From: an uncultured Flavobacteriaceae bacterium
Lineage (GTDB): Bacteria; Bacteroidota; Bacteroidia; Flavobacteriales; Flavobacteriaceae
Assembly (NCBI GenBank): GCA_937901915.1
Contig: CALGUD010000150.1
Coordinates: forward strand, 6,067-70,066
Length of the DNA: 64,000 bases
Direction of reading: 5' to 3'
Positions within the stretch are counted from its first letter, which is position 1. Every line of letters starts with the position of its first letter. Position numbers and translations under genes: made by a program. Of this stretch, positions 27,241 through 36,991 are shown piece by piece. The notes beneath the pieces were generated by a model, which saw only the letters and a program-made list of their open reading frames with translations, was not told the DNA's origin and did not search any database.

Positions 27241-28893
27241 ATGACTACTACATTCGAATTCTGGGACTATTTTGTATTTATAACATACGCAGTTTTAATT
27301 TTATCTGTAGGGCTATGGGTCTCAAGGGATAAAAAAGGGCACACTAAAAATGCAGAGGATTATTTTCTAGCAGGGAAGTCCTTACCGTGGTGGGCAATAG
27401 GCGCTTCATTGATCGCAGCAAATATCTCGGCAGAACAATTTATTGGCATGTCTGGTTCCGGGTTTAAAATCGGGCTGGCGATTGCTTCCTATGAATGGAT
27501 GGCTGCTATAACACTCATCATTGTCGGGAAATATTTTCTCCCCATTTTTATTGAAAAAAACCTGTACACCATCCCGGAATTCATAGAAAAAAGATATTCT
27601 ACCAACCTGAAAACCATTTTAGCGGTTTTCTGGATAGCGCTTTACATATTTGTGAACCTGACGTCTGTACTCTATTTGGGTGCACTCGCCTTAGAAACCA
27701 TCATGGGTTTTCCTTTAATATATGGGGTCCTCAGTTTAGCTGCATTTGCAGCCGCTTACTCACTTTACGGCGGACTCTCAGCCGTGGCCTGGACAGATGT
27801 TATACAGGTTATTTTCTTGGTTTTAGGGGGATTCATAACCACCTACCTGGCTTTAAATGCGGTATCAGGGGGTGAAGGTATTTTAGCCGGATTCGGGGCC
27901 ATATATGAGGCAGCTCCGGATAAATTTGCCATGATCCTGGAAGAATCCAACCCGGATTACATCAACCTCCCCGGGATTGGGGTTTTAATAGGAGGTTTAT
28001 GGGTTGCGAATTTATACTATTGGGGTTTTAATCAATATATAATTCAAAGAACATTAGCTGCAAAATCGCTAAAAGAATCCCAAAAAGGTATTTTGCTGGC
28101 CGCTTTTTTAAAATTATTGATACCGTTAGTGGTTGTAATACCGGGAATTGCCGCTTATGTAATGGTAAACGACCCGGAAATTATGGCACGATTGGGTGTT
28201 TCTGCCGCAAACAATATTCCAACGGCTAGCGAGGCAGATAAAGCATACCCGTGGTTGCTTCAATTTTTACCCACAGGGCTTAAAGGTGTTGCTTTTGCAG
28301 CATTGGCAGCAGCTATTGTGTCTTCCCTGGCTTCCATGTTAAATTCTACATCCACTATTTTTACGATGGATATTTACAAACCGTATTTCAGTAAAGGGAA
28401 GAGTGAATTAAGAATGGTTCCTGTAGGACGTATGTCTGCTGCCGCAGCTTTAATTATAGCATGTATAATGGCGCCATTGCTGGGAGGGATTGACCAGGCA
28501 TTTCAGTTTATACAGGAATATACAGGCGTAGTAAGCCCGGGTATCCTGGCTGTATTTTTATTAGGCTTGTTTTGGAAAAAAACGACCAATAAAGCAGCAA
28601 TTTACGGTGCGCTGTCATCCATACCTATAGCCATGTACTTTAAGGTAGGGCCAAAAGGTTGGTCTGATCATCCTATGTTTGTAGAATTGCCGTTTTTAAC
28701 CCAGATGGGATACACGGCAATCATTACTGCCATCATAATGATCGTGATAAGCCTTATGGAAAATAAAGGCCGGGAAGACGAAAAAGGAATCCCGATCTCC
28801 AGGAAGTTATTCGCCACCGGTCCGGTTTTTAATGCAGGTGCCTTCGCTGTGATGATTATTTTAGTTGTGTTGTATGCAGTGTTTTGGAAGTAG
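27241..28893 (+). CDS. sodium:solute symporter (SSS/SGLT family)
   Basis: 550 aa with ~13-14 predicted TM helices. N-terminal region YFLAGKSLPWWAIGASLIAANISAEQFIGMSG is typical of SSS transporters. Confidence 0.85.
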   Translation: MTTTFEFWDYFVFITYAVLILSVGLWVSRDKKGHTKNAEDYFLAGKSLPWWAIGASLIAANISAEQFIGMSGSGFKIGLAIASYEWMAAITLIIVGKYFLPIFIEKNLYTIPEFIEKRYSTNLKTILAVFWIALYIFVNLTSVLYLGALALETIMGFPLIYGVLSLAAFAAAYSLYGGLSAVAWTDVIQVIFLVLGGFITTYLALNAVSGGEGILAGFGAIYEAAPDKFAMILEESNPDYINLPGIGVLIGGLWVANLYYWGFNQYIIQRTLAAKSLKESQKGILLAAFLKLLIPLVVVIPGIAAYVMVNDPEIMARLGVSAANNIPTASEADKAYPWLLQFLPTGLKGVAFAALAAAIVSSLASMLNSTSTIFTMDIYKPYFSKGKSELRMVPVGRMSAAAALIIACIMAPLLGGIDQAFQFIQEYTGVVSPGILAVFLLGLFWKKTTNKAAIYGALSSIPIAMYFKVGPKGWSDHPMFVELPFLTQMGYTAIITAIIMIVISLMENKGREDEKGIPISRKLFATGPVFNAGAFAVMIILVVLYAVFWK

Positions 28894-28922
28894 TTATGCT
28901 GATTATTAAATAATAAACTTTG

Positions 28923-29090
28923 AGAGGCTGTCTTAAAAAGGCACTAAGGCTGTCTTAAAAAGGCACTAAGATTGTCAGTTCGAGCGCAGTCGAGAACTAC
29001 AGCAACCTGTTTTAATTAGGTTTCCCCCGAAGCGTCGGGGGCGCTCAATCTGACATGTAAACTTTATATTCGACTTTTTAGACAGCCTCT
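28923..29090. repeat. 168-bp composite element bounded by 17/18-bp inverted repeats
   Basis: Left arm is agaggctgtcttaaaaag (28923-28940). Right arm ctttttagacagcctct (29074-29090) is its reverse complement apart from a 1-nt indel. The interior has a 22-bp tandem duplication (28926-28947, 28948-28969), the ATTGTCA/GAGCGCA module (28971-28998) and the hairpin cccccga-agcg-tcggggg (29024-29041). Confidence 0.75.
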
Positions 29091-29209
29091 TTAATTTTTA
29101 AAGAAACACAAAAGGTTAAAATAGAAGAATAATATTTCGCATGCTTTAGCTTAACTTCTTAATCAACGAATAAAATAATCACAAACATTATTTCTCTTTT
29201 GGAGCCTTA

Positions 29210-29217
29210 TATTTTTG
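29210..29217 (+). promoter_or_regulatory. -7 promoter box (TATTTTTG) for comM
   Basis: Exact TAnnTTTG match, 34 nt upstream of the ATG at 29251. Confidence 0.35.
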
Positions 29218-29250
29218 TTATATCTTTAGTCCGTGTAAAAAAAATAGTAC

Positions 29251-30786
29251 ATGCTCACAAAAGTTTATGGTAGTTCTGTATTCGGTATAGAAGCCACCAC
29301 CATTACTGTTGAAGTAGATGTAGTAAGGGGAGTAGGCTACCACCTGGTAGGTTTACCCGATAATGCGATTAAGGAAAGCAACTACAGGATTGCTTCTGCA
29401 CTACTGAATAACGGATTTAGTATTCCCGGTAAACGAATCACCATTAATATGGCACCTGCCGATCTGCGAAAAGAAGGCTCTGCTTACGACCTTACCCTTG
29501 CCATAGGGATACTCGTAGCATCGGAACAGATACAAGCTGATGATATAGACAAATACATCATTATGGGCGAATTGTCCCTGGACGGAAGCCTTCAGCCCAT
29601 AAAAGGGGCTTTACCTATAGTTTTGAAAGCAAAGGAAGAAGGTTTTAAGGGATTTATACTCCCGGTTCAAAATGCAAAAGAAGCCGCCATTGTAAATGAC
29701 ATTGATGTTTTTGGCGTTGAAAATATAAAACAGGTCATCAATTTTTTTAATGGAGAAAGTGAATTGGAAAAAACAATCGTTGATACCCGGAAGGAATTCT
29801 ACAAGAACCTTGATTTCCCTGAATTTGATTTTGCAGATGTGAAAGGACAGGAAAGTATTAAACGCGCCATGGAAATTGCAGCTGCAGGTGGCCATAATAT
29901 TATCCTTATCGGGCCGCCGGGAGCAGGGAAGACCATGCTCGCAAAGAGGCTACCTTCCATTTTACCTCCAATGACCCTCTATGAAGCCCTTGAAACCACA
30001 AAAATCCACAGTGTAGTCGGGAAGGTGAACAATACAGGGTTAATGAGCCAAAGGCCTTTTCGTAGTCCACACCACACAATCTCGGATGTTGCCCTTGTAG
30101 GGGGTGGCGCCTATCCCCAGCCCGGCGAAATATCCCTTTCCCATAACGGTGTTTTGTTTTTAGATGAACTGCCTGAGTTTAAACGCAGTGTTTTAGAAGT
30201 AATGAGACAACCGTTGGAAGACAGGGAAGTAACAATTTCAAGGGCCAGGTTTACCGTAACCTATCCATCCAGCTTTATGTTGGTTGCCAGTATGAACCCG
30301 AGTCCGGGAGGGTATTTTAACGACCCCGATGCCCCGGTAACCTCTTCACCGGCCGAAATGCAACGGTATTTAAGTAAAATATCGGGGCCTTTACTTGATA
30401 GAATTGACATACATATAGAAGTAACGCCTGTTCCTTTTGAAAAACTTTCAGATGAAAGAAAAGGGGAGGACAGTATAGAAATAAGAGAACGGGTAACGGT
30501 AGCAAGGGATATTCAAACAAAACGTTTCTTTGATTTACCCAATGTGCATTACAATGCCCAAATGAATACAAAGCAGATCCGGGAATACTGTAAACTGGAC
30601 AGTGCCTCTAAAGAGTTGCTTAAAAATGCTATGGAAAGGCTCAATTTATCCGCCCGCGCATATGACCGTATATTAAAAGTAGCCCGTACCATAGCCGACC
30701 TTGATGGATTGCCTGATGTTAATGGTACACATATCAGTGAAGCTATACAATACCGAAGCCTGGACAGGGAAGGATGGCTGGGATGA
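29251..30786 (+). CDS. comM: YifB/ComM-family Mg-chelatase-like AAA+ ATPase
   Basis: 511 aa. N-terminal Lon-protease-like domain and Walker A motif GPPGAGKTMLA. Confidence 0.9.
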   Translation: MLTKVYGSSVFGIEATTITVEVDVVRGVGYHLVGLPDNAIKESNYRIASALLNNGFSIPGKRITINMAPADLRKEGSAYDLTLAIGILVASEQIQADDIDKYIIMGELSLDGSLQPIKGALPIVLKAKEEGFKGFILPVQNAKEAAIVNDIDVFGVENIKQVINFFNGESELEKTIVDTRKEFYKNLDFPEFDFADVKGQESIKRAMEIAAAGGHNIILIGPPGAGKTMLAKRLPSILPPMTLYEALETTKIHSVVGKVNNTGLMSQRPFRSPHHTISDVALVGGGAYPQPGEISLSHNGVLFLDELPEFKRSVLEVMRQPLEDREVTISRARFTVTYPSSFMLVASMNPSPGGYFNDPDAPVTSSPAEMQRYLSKISGPLLDRIDIHIEVTPVPFEKLSDERKGEDSIEIRERVTVARDIQTKRFFDLPNVHYNAQMNTKQIREYCKLDSASKELLKNAMERLNLSARAYDRILKVARTIADLDGLPDVNGTHISEAIQYRSLDREGWLG

Positions 30787-30913
30787 AGTGTAAAGTTTTG
30801 ATTTTATAGCAAAACCTTACTTTTATAACAAATTTTAGATAGCAGATTTTAAATGAAATTAGTAACTTGATGGAGTTATAAAAATTCAGTCGTTTAATTT
30901 TAAAAACAATTTA

Positions 30914-31666
30914 TTGAAAGATTTGAATAATAGCATTATAGATATTAATTGCGATATGGGTGAAGGCTTAAACAATGAACATTTGTTTATGCCTTACATT
31001 ACTTCATGTAACATAGCGTGTGGAGGTCATGCCGGAAATAAAGAAACCATGAAAAGAGTAGTGGATATGGCAATTGAACACAATGTAAGTATCGGTGCAC
31101 ATCCATCTTATCCCGATAAAGAGAATTTTGGCAGAAAATCTATGAACATTTCAAGTCAAGAGCTGATAGATTCCATTCGTGAACAGGTAAATTTACTAAA
31201 TGAAATAGTAGAAAGTTCAGGGGTTTGCTTAAATCACATAAAACCACACGGGGCATTGTATAATGAAGTAGCAGAAGATATGGAACAAGCCCATATTTTT
31301 TTTGAAGCCATAAAAGATTTTAAAGAATATTGTGAACTTTATATTTTATCAAACTCCTTTGCTGTTACTGTAGCCCGTCAAAAAAACTTCCGTGTAAAAG
31401 AAGAAGCTTTTGCAGATCGAAATTATAATAACGACTTAAGTCTGGTGTCCAGAGTAAAAGAAAACGCAGTTTTAACCGATCCGCAGGCTGTACTTGAACA
31501 TGTAAAAGGTATTTTAAATGGGAAAGTAAAAACTATGGATGGTAATCTCGTATCGATTAATGCTGACACTTTTTGTATTCATTCCGATACAGAAAACGCT
31601 CAACATCTGGTAAAAACACTCTATGAGAAGCTTATTAAATCGGGATATAGCGTTAGTGGAATATAG
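30914..31666 (+). CDS. pxpA: 5-oxoprolinase subunit A (LamB/YcsF family)
   Basis: 250 aa. Motifs INCDMGEG and ACGGHAG. The start codon is TTG, so the exact start is uncertain. Confidence 0.85.
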   Translation: MKDLNNSIIDINCDMGEGLNNEHLFMPYITSCNIACGGHAGNKETMKRVVDMAIEHNVSIGAHPSYPDKENFGRKSMNISSQELIDSIREQVNLLNEIVESSGVCLNHIKPHGALYNEVAEDMEQAHIFFEAIKDFKEYCELYILSNSFAVTVARQKNFRVKEEAFADRNYNNDLSLVSRVKENAVLTDPQAVLEHVKGILNGKVKTMDGNLVSINADTFCIHSDTENAQHLVKTLYEKLIKSGYSVSGI

Positions 31667-32378
31667 CCTTGTATATAAACCTTTTGGTTCAAATGCTATT
31701 TTAATTGAATGGCCTTCTAAAATCGATGAAGGTATTTTAGATGATATAGTTTCCTTTAAAAGAACAATCATAAAAGAATATACAGATATTGAAGTTGTCC
31801 CTGCTTATCATTCTCTTACCATCATCTTTAAAAGTGAAATTGATTTTGAACTTTTAAAGAAAAATCTTAGAACCTTATATAATTCAGTAAAAAAAGGAAT
31901 TTCATTTCCTAAAAAGATTTGGCATATCCCGGTGTGTTATAGTGAAGAATATGGTTTGGATATTAAAGAGTATACAAAAATTAAAGGTTTTTCATTAACA
32001 AAACTCATACAACTCCACACTGGACCTCTCTATACAGTTTTTTGTATTGGCTTTTTACCCGGATTTATGTATTTAGGAGGATTGGACGCTGAACTACATC
32101 AGCCACGACGTAGTGCACCTCGTTTAAAGATACCAAAAGGATCCGTTGGAATAGGAGGGGAGCAAACCGGCGTTTATCCACAGGCATCACCGGGAGGATG
32201 GAATATAATAGGTAATTCACCGGTTCAGTTTTTTGATCCTAATAACCGTAATCCGTGCAGGATAAGCGTAGGCGACAAAGTAAAATTTTATGATGTTTCT
32301 GAAGCAGAGTATGAATTGTTATCCATACAGGTTGAAACCGGAATTTATAATATGGAAAGTGAGGTAATACATGATTAA
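31623..32378 (+). CDS. pxpB: 5-oxoprolinase subunit B (KipI/allophanate hydrolase subunit 1 family)
   Basis: 251 aa. Motif GFLPGFMYLGGLD. The start may be the GTG near 31656 rather than 31623, which overlaps pxpA by 44 nt. Confidence 0.8.
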   Translation: MRSLLNRDIALVEYSLVYKPFGSNAILIEWPSKIDEGILDDIVSFKRTIIKEYTDIEVVPAYHSLTIIFKSEIDFELLKKNLRTLYNSVKKGISFPKKIWHIPVCYSEEYGLDIKEYTKIKGFSLTKLIQLHTGPLYTVFCIGFLPGFMYLGGLDAELHQPRRSAPRLKIPKGSVGIGGEQTGVYPQASPGGWNIIGNSPVQFFDPNNRNPCRISVGDKVKFYDVSEAEYELLSIQVETGIYNMESEVIHD

Positions 32379-33213
32379 GGTATTAAGCCCCGGATTGTTT
32401 AGCACCATCCAGGATATGGGCAGGTTTGGTTACAGGGATAAAGGAGTTCCGGTAAGCGGTGCCATGGATGCTGCCTCAGCACAACTGGCAAATATGTTGT
32501 TAGGTAACAGCAATAATGATGCAGTTATGGAAATAACAATGAAAGGGCCCAGACTCAGGTTTAATTGTAATACCTGCATTGTTATAACCGGTGCTTTGTT
32601 AAACCCATCTATTAATAATGTACCCGTAAGCAACAATAAAGTATATGATATTCAAAAGGGCGATACATTGGGTTTTGGAAAATTGGAATCCGGGTTAAGG
32701 ACTTACCTGGCTGTAAAAAACGGATTTAAAACAAGTGTAGTTATGAACAGCCGGTCTCAATACGAATCAATAACCGGAATTTCAAGTATCCGCAAAGGAG
32801 ATATAATGGAAATAGATGATTTTCCTTATTCGAAAATGAGGACATCAAATACGGCGATACGTGTAAAATGGATGCAAAATGAAATTTTACAAGTACTCAG
32901 AGGCCCGGAGTATGATTTATTATCCGATAAGCAAAAGAATGAGTTAAATGAAACTATTTTTACAGTGGCCAATGAAAACAATAGGATGGCTTGTCAGCTT
33001 AATGGAGAATTAAGTCCGCACTCACACTCCATATACACTTCCGCTACGCTCCCGGGCACAGTACAGTTGACACCATCAGGAAAACTGATTGTGCTTATGA
33101 AGGATGCCCAGACAACCGGAGGTTATCCACGAATATTACAGTTAACAGAAGAAGCAATCTGTATCCTGGCGCAAAAGTCAACAGGTGAAAATGTAAGATT
33201 TAGTATAAGCTAA
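32371..33213 (+). CDS. pxpC: 5-oxoprolinase subunit C (KipA/allophanate hydrolase subunit 2 family)
   Basis: 280 aa. Motif QTTGGYPRI. Overlaps pxpB by 8 nt. Confidence 0.8.
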   Translation: MIKVLSPGLFSTIQDMGRFGYRDKGVPVSGAMDAASAQLANMLLGNSNNDAVMEITMKGPRLRFNCNTCIVITGALLNPSINNVPVSNNKVYDIQKGDTLGFGKLESGLRTYLAVKNGFKTSVVMNSRSQYESITGISSIRKGDIMEIDDFPYSKMRTSNTAIRVKWMQNEILQVLRGPEYDLLSDKQKNELNETIFTVANENNRMACQLNGELSPHSHSIYTSATLPGTVQLTPSGKLIVLMKDAQTTGGYPRILQLTEEAICILAQKSTGENVRFSIS

Positions 33214-33222
33214 TAGCAGATA

Positions 33223-33459
33223 CTAATTATTTTTTTCACTATTAACCTCCCTGGCCAGAAGCTCAATAATATCTTCTTCAGACATGGACTTTAAAATATG
33301 CTCTGCCGTAGTTTTAAAATTTTCATGATTTAAAAACAAACGCCAAACTGCATGAATAAATTCTGAAAAATTGAGACCTTCATTCCATTCTACCATTTTA
33401 GCAGATTTAGCCTTAAATAGAAGGTTCCTGATGTGCATTTGTGGTTCCATAATTTTCAT
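33223..33459 (-). CDS. small hypothetical protein, paralog 1 of 2
   Basis: 78 aa. Shares the block W N.GLNF.EFIHA.WRLFL.H..FK......IL......E..IELLA.E with the ORF at 33717-33971. Confidence 0.55.
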   Translation of the reverse strand: MKIMEPQMHIRNLLFKAKSAKMVEWNEGLNFSEFIHAVWRLFLNHENFKTTAEHILKSMSEEDIIELLAREVNSEKNN

Positions 33460-33716
33460 CCATAGACCTTTAGTTAAAAATCGTAGTCTAGAAGTTTAAA
33501 GTTAAGATAGGGGTATCTTTTAAATTACTTCAATCCATTGAACAATTAACGTAAAAAAATAATTAACAACTGAGGGGTGTTATTAATTTTAAATAAAAAT
33601 ATGAAGTTATCACATTGTTTAAACAAAAAAAATAATATGTTTTCAACAATGTTATTAATATTTTGTAAATATAAAAATGAGACTCTCTGTAAAAAAAATG
33701 TATTTACAGTAGATTG

Positions 33717-33971
33717 TTACACATTCTTTAATTCCTGGGCGAGTAACTCAATAGCATTTTCTTCAGGTATTTCTTCCAGTATTTTACTTGCAGAAACTTT
33801 AAAGCTATCATGTCTGAGGAATAAACGCCATAATGCATGAATAAATTCTGCAAAATTCAAACCGTCATTCCATTGGGCAAGGTTACTGTCTTTAGCTTTT
33901 TGGATCAGGGCCCTCATCAATAACCTTGTGTCTGTAGTATTTACTGTTGTAGTTTTCATAAACATCCTCAT
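33717..33971 (-). CDS. small hypothetical protein, paralog 2 of 2
   Basis: 84 aa. About half of the ~60 conserved C-terminal residues are identical to 33223-33459 by eye. Confidence 0.55.
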   Translation of the reverse strand: MRMFMKTTTVNTTDTRLLMRALIQKAKDSNLAQWNDGLNFAEFIHALWRLFLRHDSFKVSASKILEEIPEENAIELLAQELKNV

Positions 33972-34220
33972 TTAATTAAACTTTTGCAAAATAAATAGTG
34001 TAAGCAGGTTATTTGGGTAAAGATTTGAGCATGTAAATAAACTTTTCTTTCTGTTAATTAGCAAATAAATTCGATCTAAAGGGGAAAAACCCCGTTTTTT
34101 TACAAATAATAAATTTTAAATTGCAGAAAATGAGGGTTATATGAATTCCGTAATTTGTACGGTAAGGTTTGGTATGGAAAAACTTCATATCTTTAATGTA
34201 ATTAACCAAAATATAAAATT

Positions 34221-34919
34221 ATGAAAAAAAGTTATTTAAAGTTTCAACTCCTGACTTTTGTAGTTGCTTCACTTTTGCTAAGTTCTTGTGATACTGTAAG
34301 AAACGGAGACAACGAAGAGGTAAAGGATGAGTTTCCTGAAAAGAAAATTCAATTTGACCAGGCTACTCAGATGAGTAAAAAGTTTAAAAAGGACATGATT
34401 TATTATTTTGCTATAGCCAATGCTTATGAAAACTTAGTAGATGAACTAGATAGTCTTTCTCAAACAAGGGAGGGTGACCCTAAACAGCAATCAAATGTTA
34501 ATTTGAGTGCTGAAGAATATTCAAAACTCCTGACAAAACTTAAAGAAGATGTTTCTGCGAAAATGGAATCGGAAGCTTTTAGTGATGAAGTTGGTAATCA
34601 AAAATTTGTGATGTCTGTATCTAGCTGGTATAGTTTAAAAGAGCTTGATAATTTTATAAAATATAGTAAAAAAATCGCCCAGGAAAATGGAAATACCATG
34701 GATGGTATCCGAATATACATTGGAGTAGTACCGGCTGAAGAAGGTTATCGTAAGGATAGGTGGAATCACCTGACTACATTTTTATCCCCGACAGGAACGC
34801 CAAATACTCAAACAGGGTCATTTATAAGTGCACCTTTTTATGGTAATGCAGATTTAGATCAACCTAATGAAGACTATGGTGGTCAAGGGACTCCTCCTGA
34901 TGCAACACATCCACAATAA
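34221..34919 (+). CDS. hypothetical lipoprotein (module A)
   Basis: 232 aa. Lipoprotein signal MKKSYLKFQLLTFVVASLLLSSC. The C-terminal half is paralogous to 35731-36150 (W.SL.E...(F/Y)I.Y.K......G.....G(I/L)R.Y(I/L)G.......KD....TT.F..PTG and a terminal YGG..(T/V)PP). Confidence 0.6.
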   Translation: MKKSYLKFQLLTFVVASLLLSSCDTVRNGDNEEVKDEFPEKKIQFDQATQMSKKFKKDMIYYFAIANAYENLVDELDSLSQTREGDPKQQSNVNLSAEEYSKLLTKLKEDVSAKMESEAFSDEVGNQKFVMSVSSWYSLKELDNFIKYSKKIAQENGNTMDGIRIYIGVVPAEEGYRKDRWNHLTTFLSPTGTPNTQTGSFISAPFYGNADLDQPNEDYGGQGTPPDATHPQ

Positions 34920-34979
34920 TAATCAAAATTGAAGAACAATAAATGGATTTTCTATATATAAAAGTATAAAATTTATTCA

Positions 34980-35717
34980 ATGAATGATTTTGAGTTCTAC
35001 TTTAGAAAGTCCATTTATCTATTTGAAATTGCTTGTGCTATTGTAGCTACTTTTACGTACAAGACATACCGAAATACCCCTGCTAAAATTTTCTTACCTT
35101 TTTTATGGTTCACTGTTTTAACTGAAAGCTTTGGGGAAGTTCCATGGATTTTCCGGTCTAATGAGAATGGTTATCTCATACGGTTTTTGAAAAGTTTCAT
35201 GTCGGTAGACCTTTTAACATCCTCTACATGGATATATAATATATATTCAATAATATCATTTTATGTATTTGTATGTTACTACAAAAAATTAACTTACGAG
35301 GCGAAAATTTATAACAAAATTATTTTATTGTTACTATTTACGTATACCTTATCAGTTGTAATAGATTTTACACAAAATTTTGAATTTTTTAATTCAAAAA
35401 ATGTTATGATCAATAACCACAAAATTGTTGGAGTATTTTGCACTTTAATATCAACATTTCTTTATATGCAAATAGTGTTAAGAAGTGATGAGATATTAAC
35501 CTTCCATAAAACATTGCCGTTTTGGATTACTGTGGGATTGTTATTTTTTAATTTAGTAACAATACCAATTTTTATTTTCGCCCAACAGCTTCAATTTTCA
35601 GAAAAAGTCTATGTTTACATATTAACGTTGTCAAATTATATTATGTATGGATCTTTTATAATCGGTTTTGTAAAAAATGCTAGGCAACAAAAACAAAATA
35701 TATCCCTAACTAATTAA
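34980..35717 (+). CDS. hypothetical 7-TM membrane protein (module B)
   Basis: 245 aa with about seven hydrophobic helices by eye. Paralogous to 36162-36875 (shared ..YK.Y..TP.., QNFEF, F(H/Y)KTLPFW(I/V)T(V/I)G, TIPIFIFA.QL.FS.K(V/I)YV.IL.LSNY..YGS). Confidence 0.6.
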   Translation: MNDFEFYFRKSIYLFEIACAIVATFTYKTYRNTPAKIFLPFLWFTVLTESFGEVPWIFRSNENGYLIRFLKSFMSVDLLTSSTWIYNIYSIISFYVFVCYYKKLTYEAKIYNKIILLLLFTYTLSVVIDFTQNFEFFNSKNVMINNHKIVGVFCTLISTFLYMQIVLRSDEILTFHKTLPFWITVGLLFFNLVTIPIFIFAQQLQFSEKVYVYILTLSNYIMYGSFIIGFVKNARQQKQNISLTN

Positions 35718-35730
35718 TATATTTTAAAAA

Positions 35731-36150
35731 ATGAGTAAGAAACCTAAAAAATGTATTTCAGTAAAAGAAGCCAGAAAACTGGAAAAAAATTACGTTGAAA
35801 CAATTGAAAAAACGCTTAAAAAAGAATTAGGATGCGAAGAATGCCGTGAGTTCTGGTGGTCATTAGAAGAAATAGAAGAATATATAGATTATGTAAAAAG
35901 CGAAGCCAAAGGAAAAGGGTATAAAAACCTGGGACTTCGGTTTTATCTTGGCCACTATGGAAAAAATAAATCTAAAGACAATGAACAAACCACTATGTTT
36001 ATAGCTCCTACAGGCGTACACGCAAAAGAAGGTTTAGCTTCCATAAAGGGGAAAACAGTGGGTGCAATGAAGGCAGAGGCAGATGATAACATTTATGACA
36101 TCGATGCTTATAATGGAGCTTATGGAGGTGTGCCTCCTAAAAAATATTGA
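35731..36150 (+). CDS. hypothetical soluble protein (module A', no signal peptide)
   Basis: 139 aa. Paralogous to the C-terminal half of 34221-34919. Contains a CEEC motif. Confidence 0.6.
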   Translation: MSKKPKKCISVKEARKLEKNYVETIEKTLKKELGCEECREFWWSLEEIEEYIDYVKSEAKGKGYKNLGLRFYLGHYGKNKSKDNEQTTMFIAPTGVHAKEGLASIKGKTVGAMKAEADDNIYDIDAYNGAYGGVPPKKY

Positions 36151-36161
36151 TTTATAAATAA

Positions 36162-36875
36162 TTGGAGACATTAAGGAGTAGTATATATTATTTAGAGGCT
36201 ATTTGTTTACTTTTTGCTTTTATTACTTATAAAAGCTATTCCCGTACTCCAAATGTCTATATTTTAATACTACTTATATTAACATTTTTAATTGAGACCA
36301 TAGGTTTTTTTAATTATAATTATCCCAACAATTATTTTATAGAAAGTCTTAAGAATCTTGTAGGTTCAAAATTAATTGATGAAAATTTATGGCTGTATAA
36401 TTTAGGGATGGTTTTCACTTTTGTAATTTATATAATGTATTACTACAAGTTGTTGAAATCATTGAAAAGCAAATTTTTTCTCAAAATTATATTCATAATA
36501 TATATAATAGTTTGCATAGTTGACATTGTCCAGAATTTTGAATTTATAACTGTACAATACTTCAATTATGTTCGAATTTTTGGGGCATTGTCATTACTGG
36601 TATGCTCAGTTTTATATTTAAATGAAGTCTTTAAAAGTAACAGGGTTTTATATTTTTATAAAACGCTGCCTTTTTGGGTAACTATTGGAGCTTTAGTATT
36701 TTATCTGACTACAATTCCAATATTCATCTTTGCAAGTCAATTGAAGTTTTCACATAAAATTTATGTTATCATTTTAGTTTTATCCAATTATGTACTATAT
36801 GGCTCTATGATTCTTGGTTTTATAATAAATGCATACCAGAAAAGAAAACATAATAAAAAAGTAGTTGCAAATTAA
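36162..36875 (+). CDS. hypothetical 7-TM membrane protein (module B')
   Basis: 237 aa. TTG start inferred from alignment with module B. Paralogous to 34980-35717. Confidence 0.55.
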   Translation: METLRSSIYYLEAICLLFAFITYKSYSRTPNVYILILLILTFLIETIGFFNYNYPNNYFIESLKNLVGSKLIDENLWLYNLGMVFTFVIYIMYYYKLLKSLKSKFFLKIIFIIYIIVCIVDIVQNFEFITVQYFNYVRIFGALSLLVCSVLYLNEVFKSNRVLYFYKTLPFWVTIGALVFYLTTIPIFIFASQLKFSHKIYVIILVLSNYVLYGSMILGFIINAYQKRKHNKKVVAN

Positions 36876-36894
36876 GTAAAATGGGGAATTTTAC
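36876..36894 (+). other. AT-rich hairpin between module B' and the kinase gene
   Basis: gtaaaat-gggga-attttac, a 7-bp stem directly after the B' stop. There is no U-tract, so it is not a canonical terminator. Confidence 0.4.
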
Positions 36895-36918
36895 CCTTTC
36901 CAGGGCTGTATATATACT

Positions 36919-36926
36919 TAATTTTG
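36919..36926 (+). promoter_or_regulatory. -7 promoter box (TAATTTTG) for the two-component genes
   Basis: Exact TAnnTTTG match, 66 nt upstream of the ATG at 36992. Confidence 0.4.
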
Positions 36927-36991
36927 TACCTTAATATTACTTTACATTAAGTATTGAATATAAAAACCAGTTTCCCTTTTCCCAAAATTAC

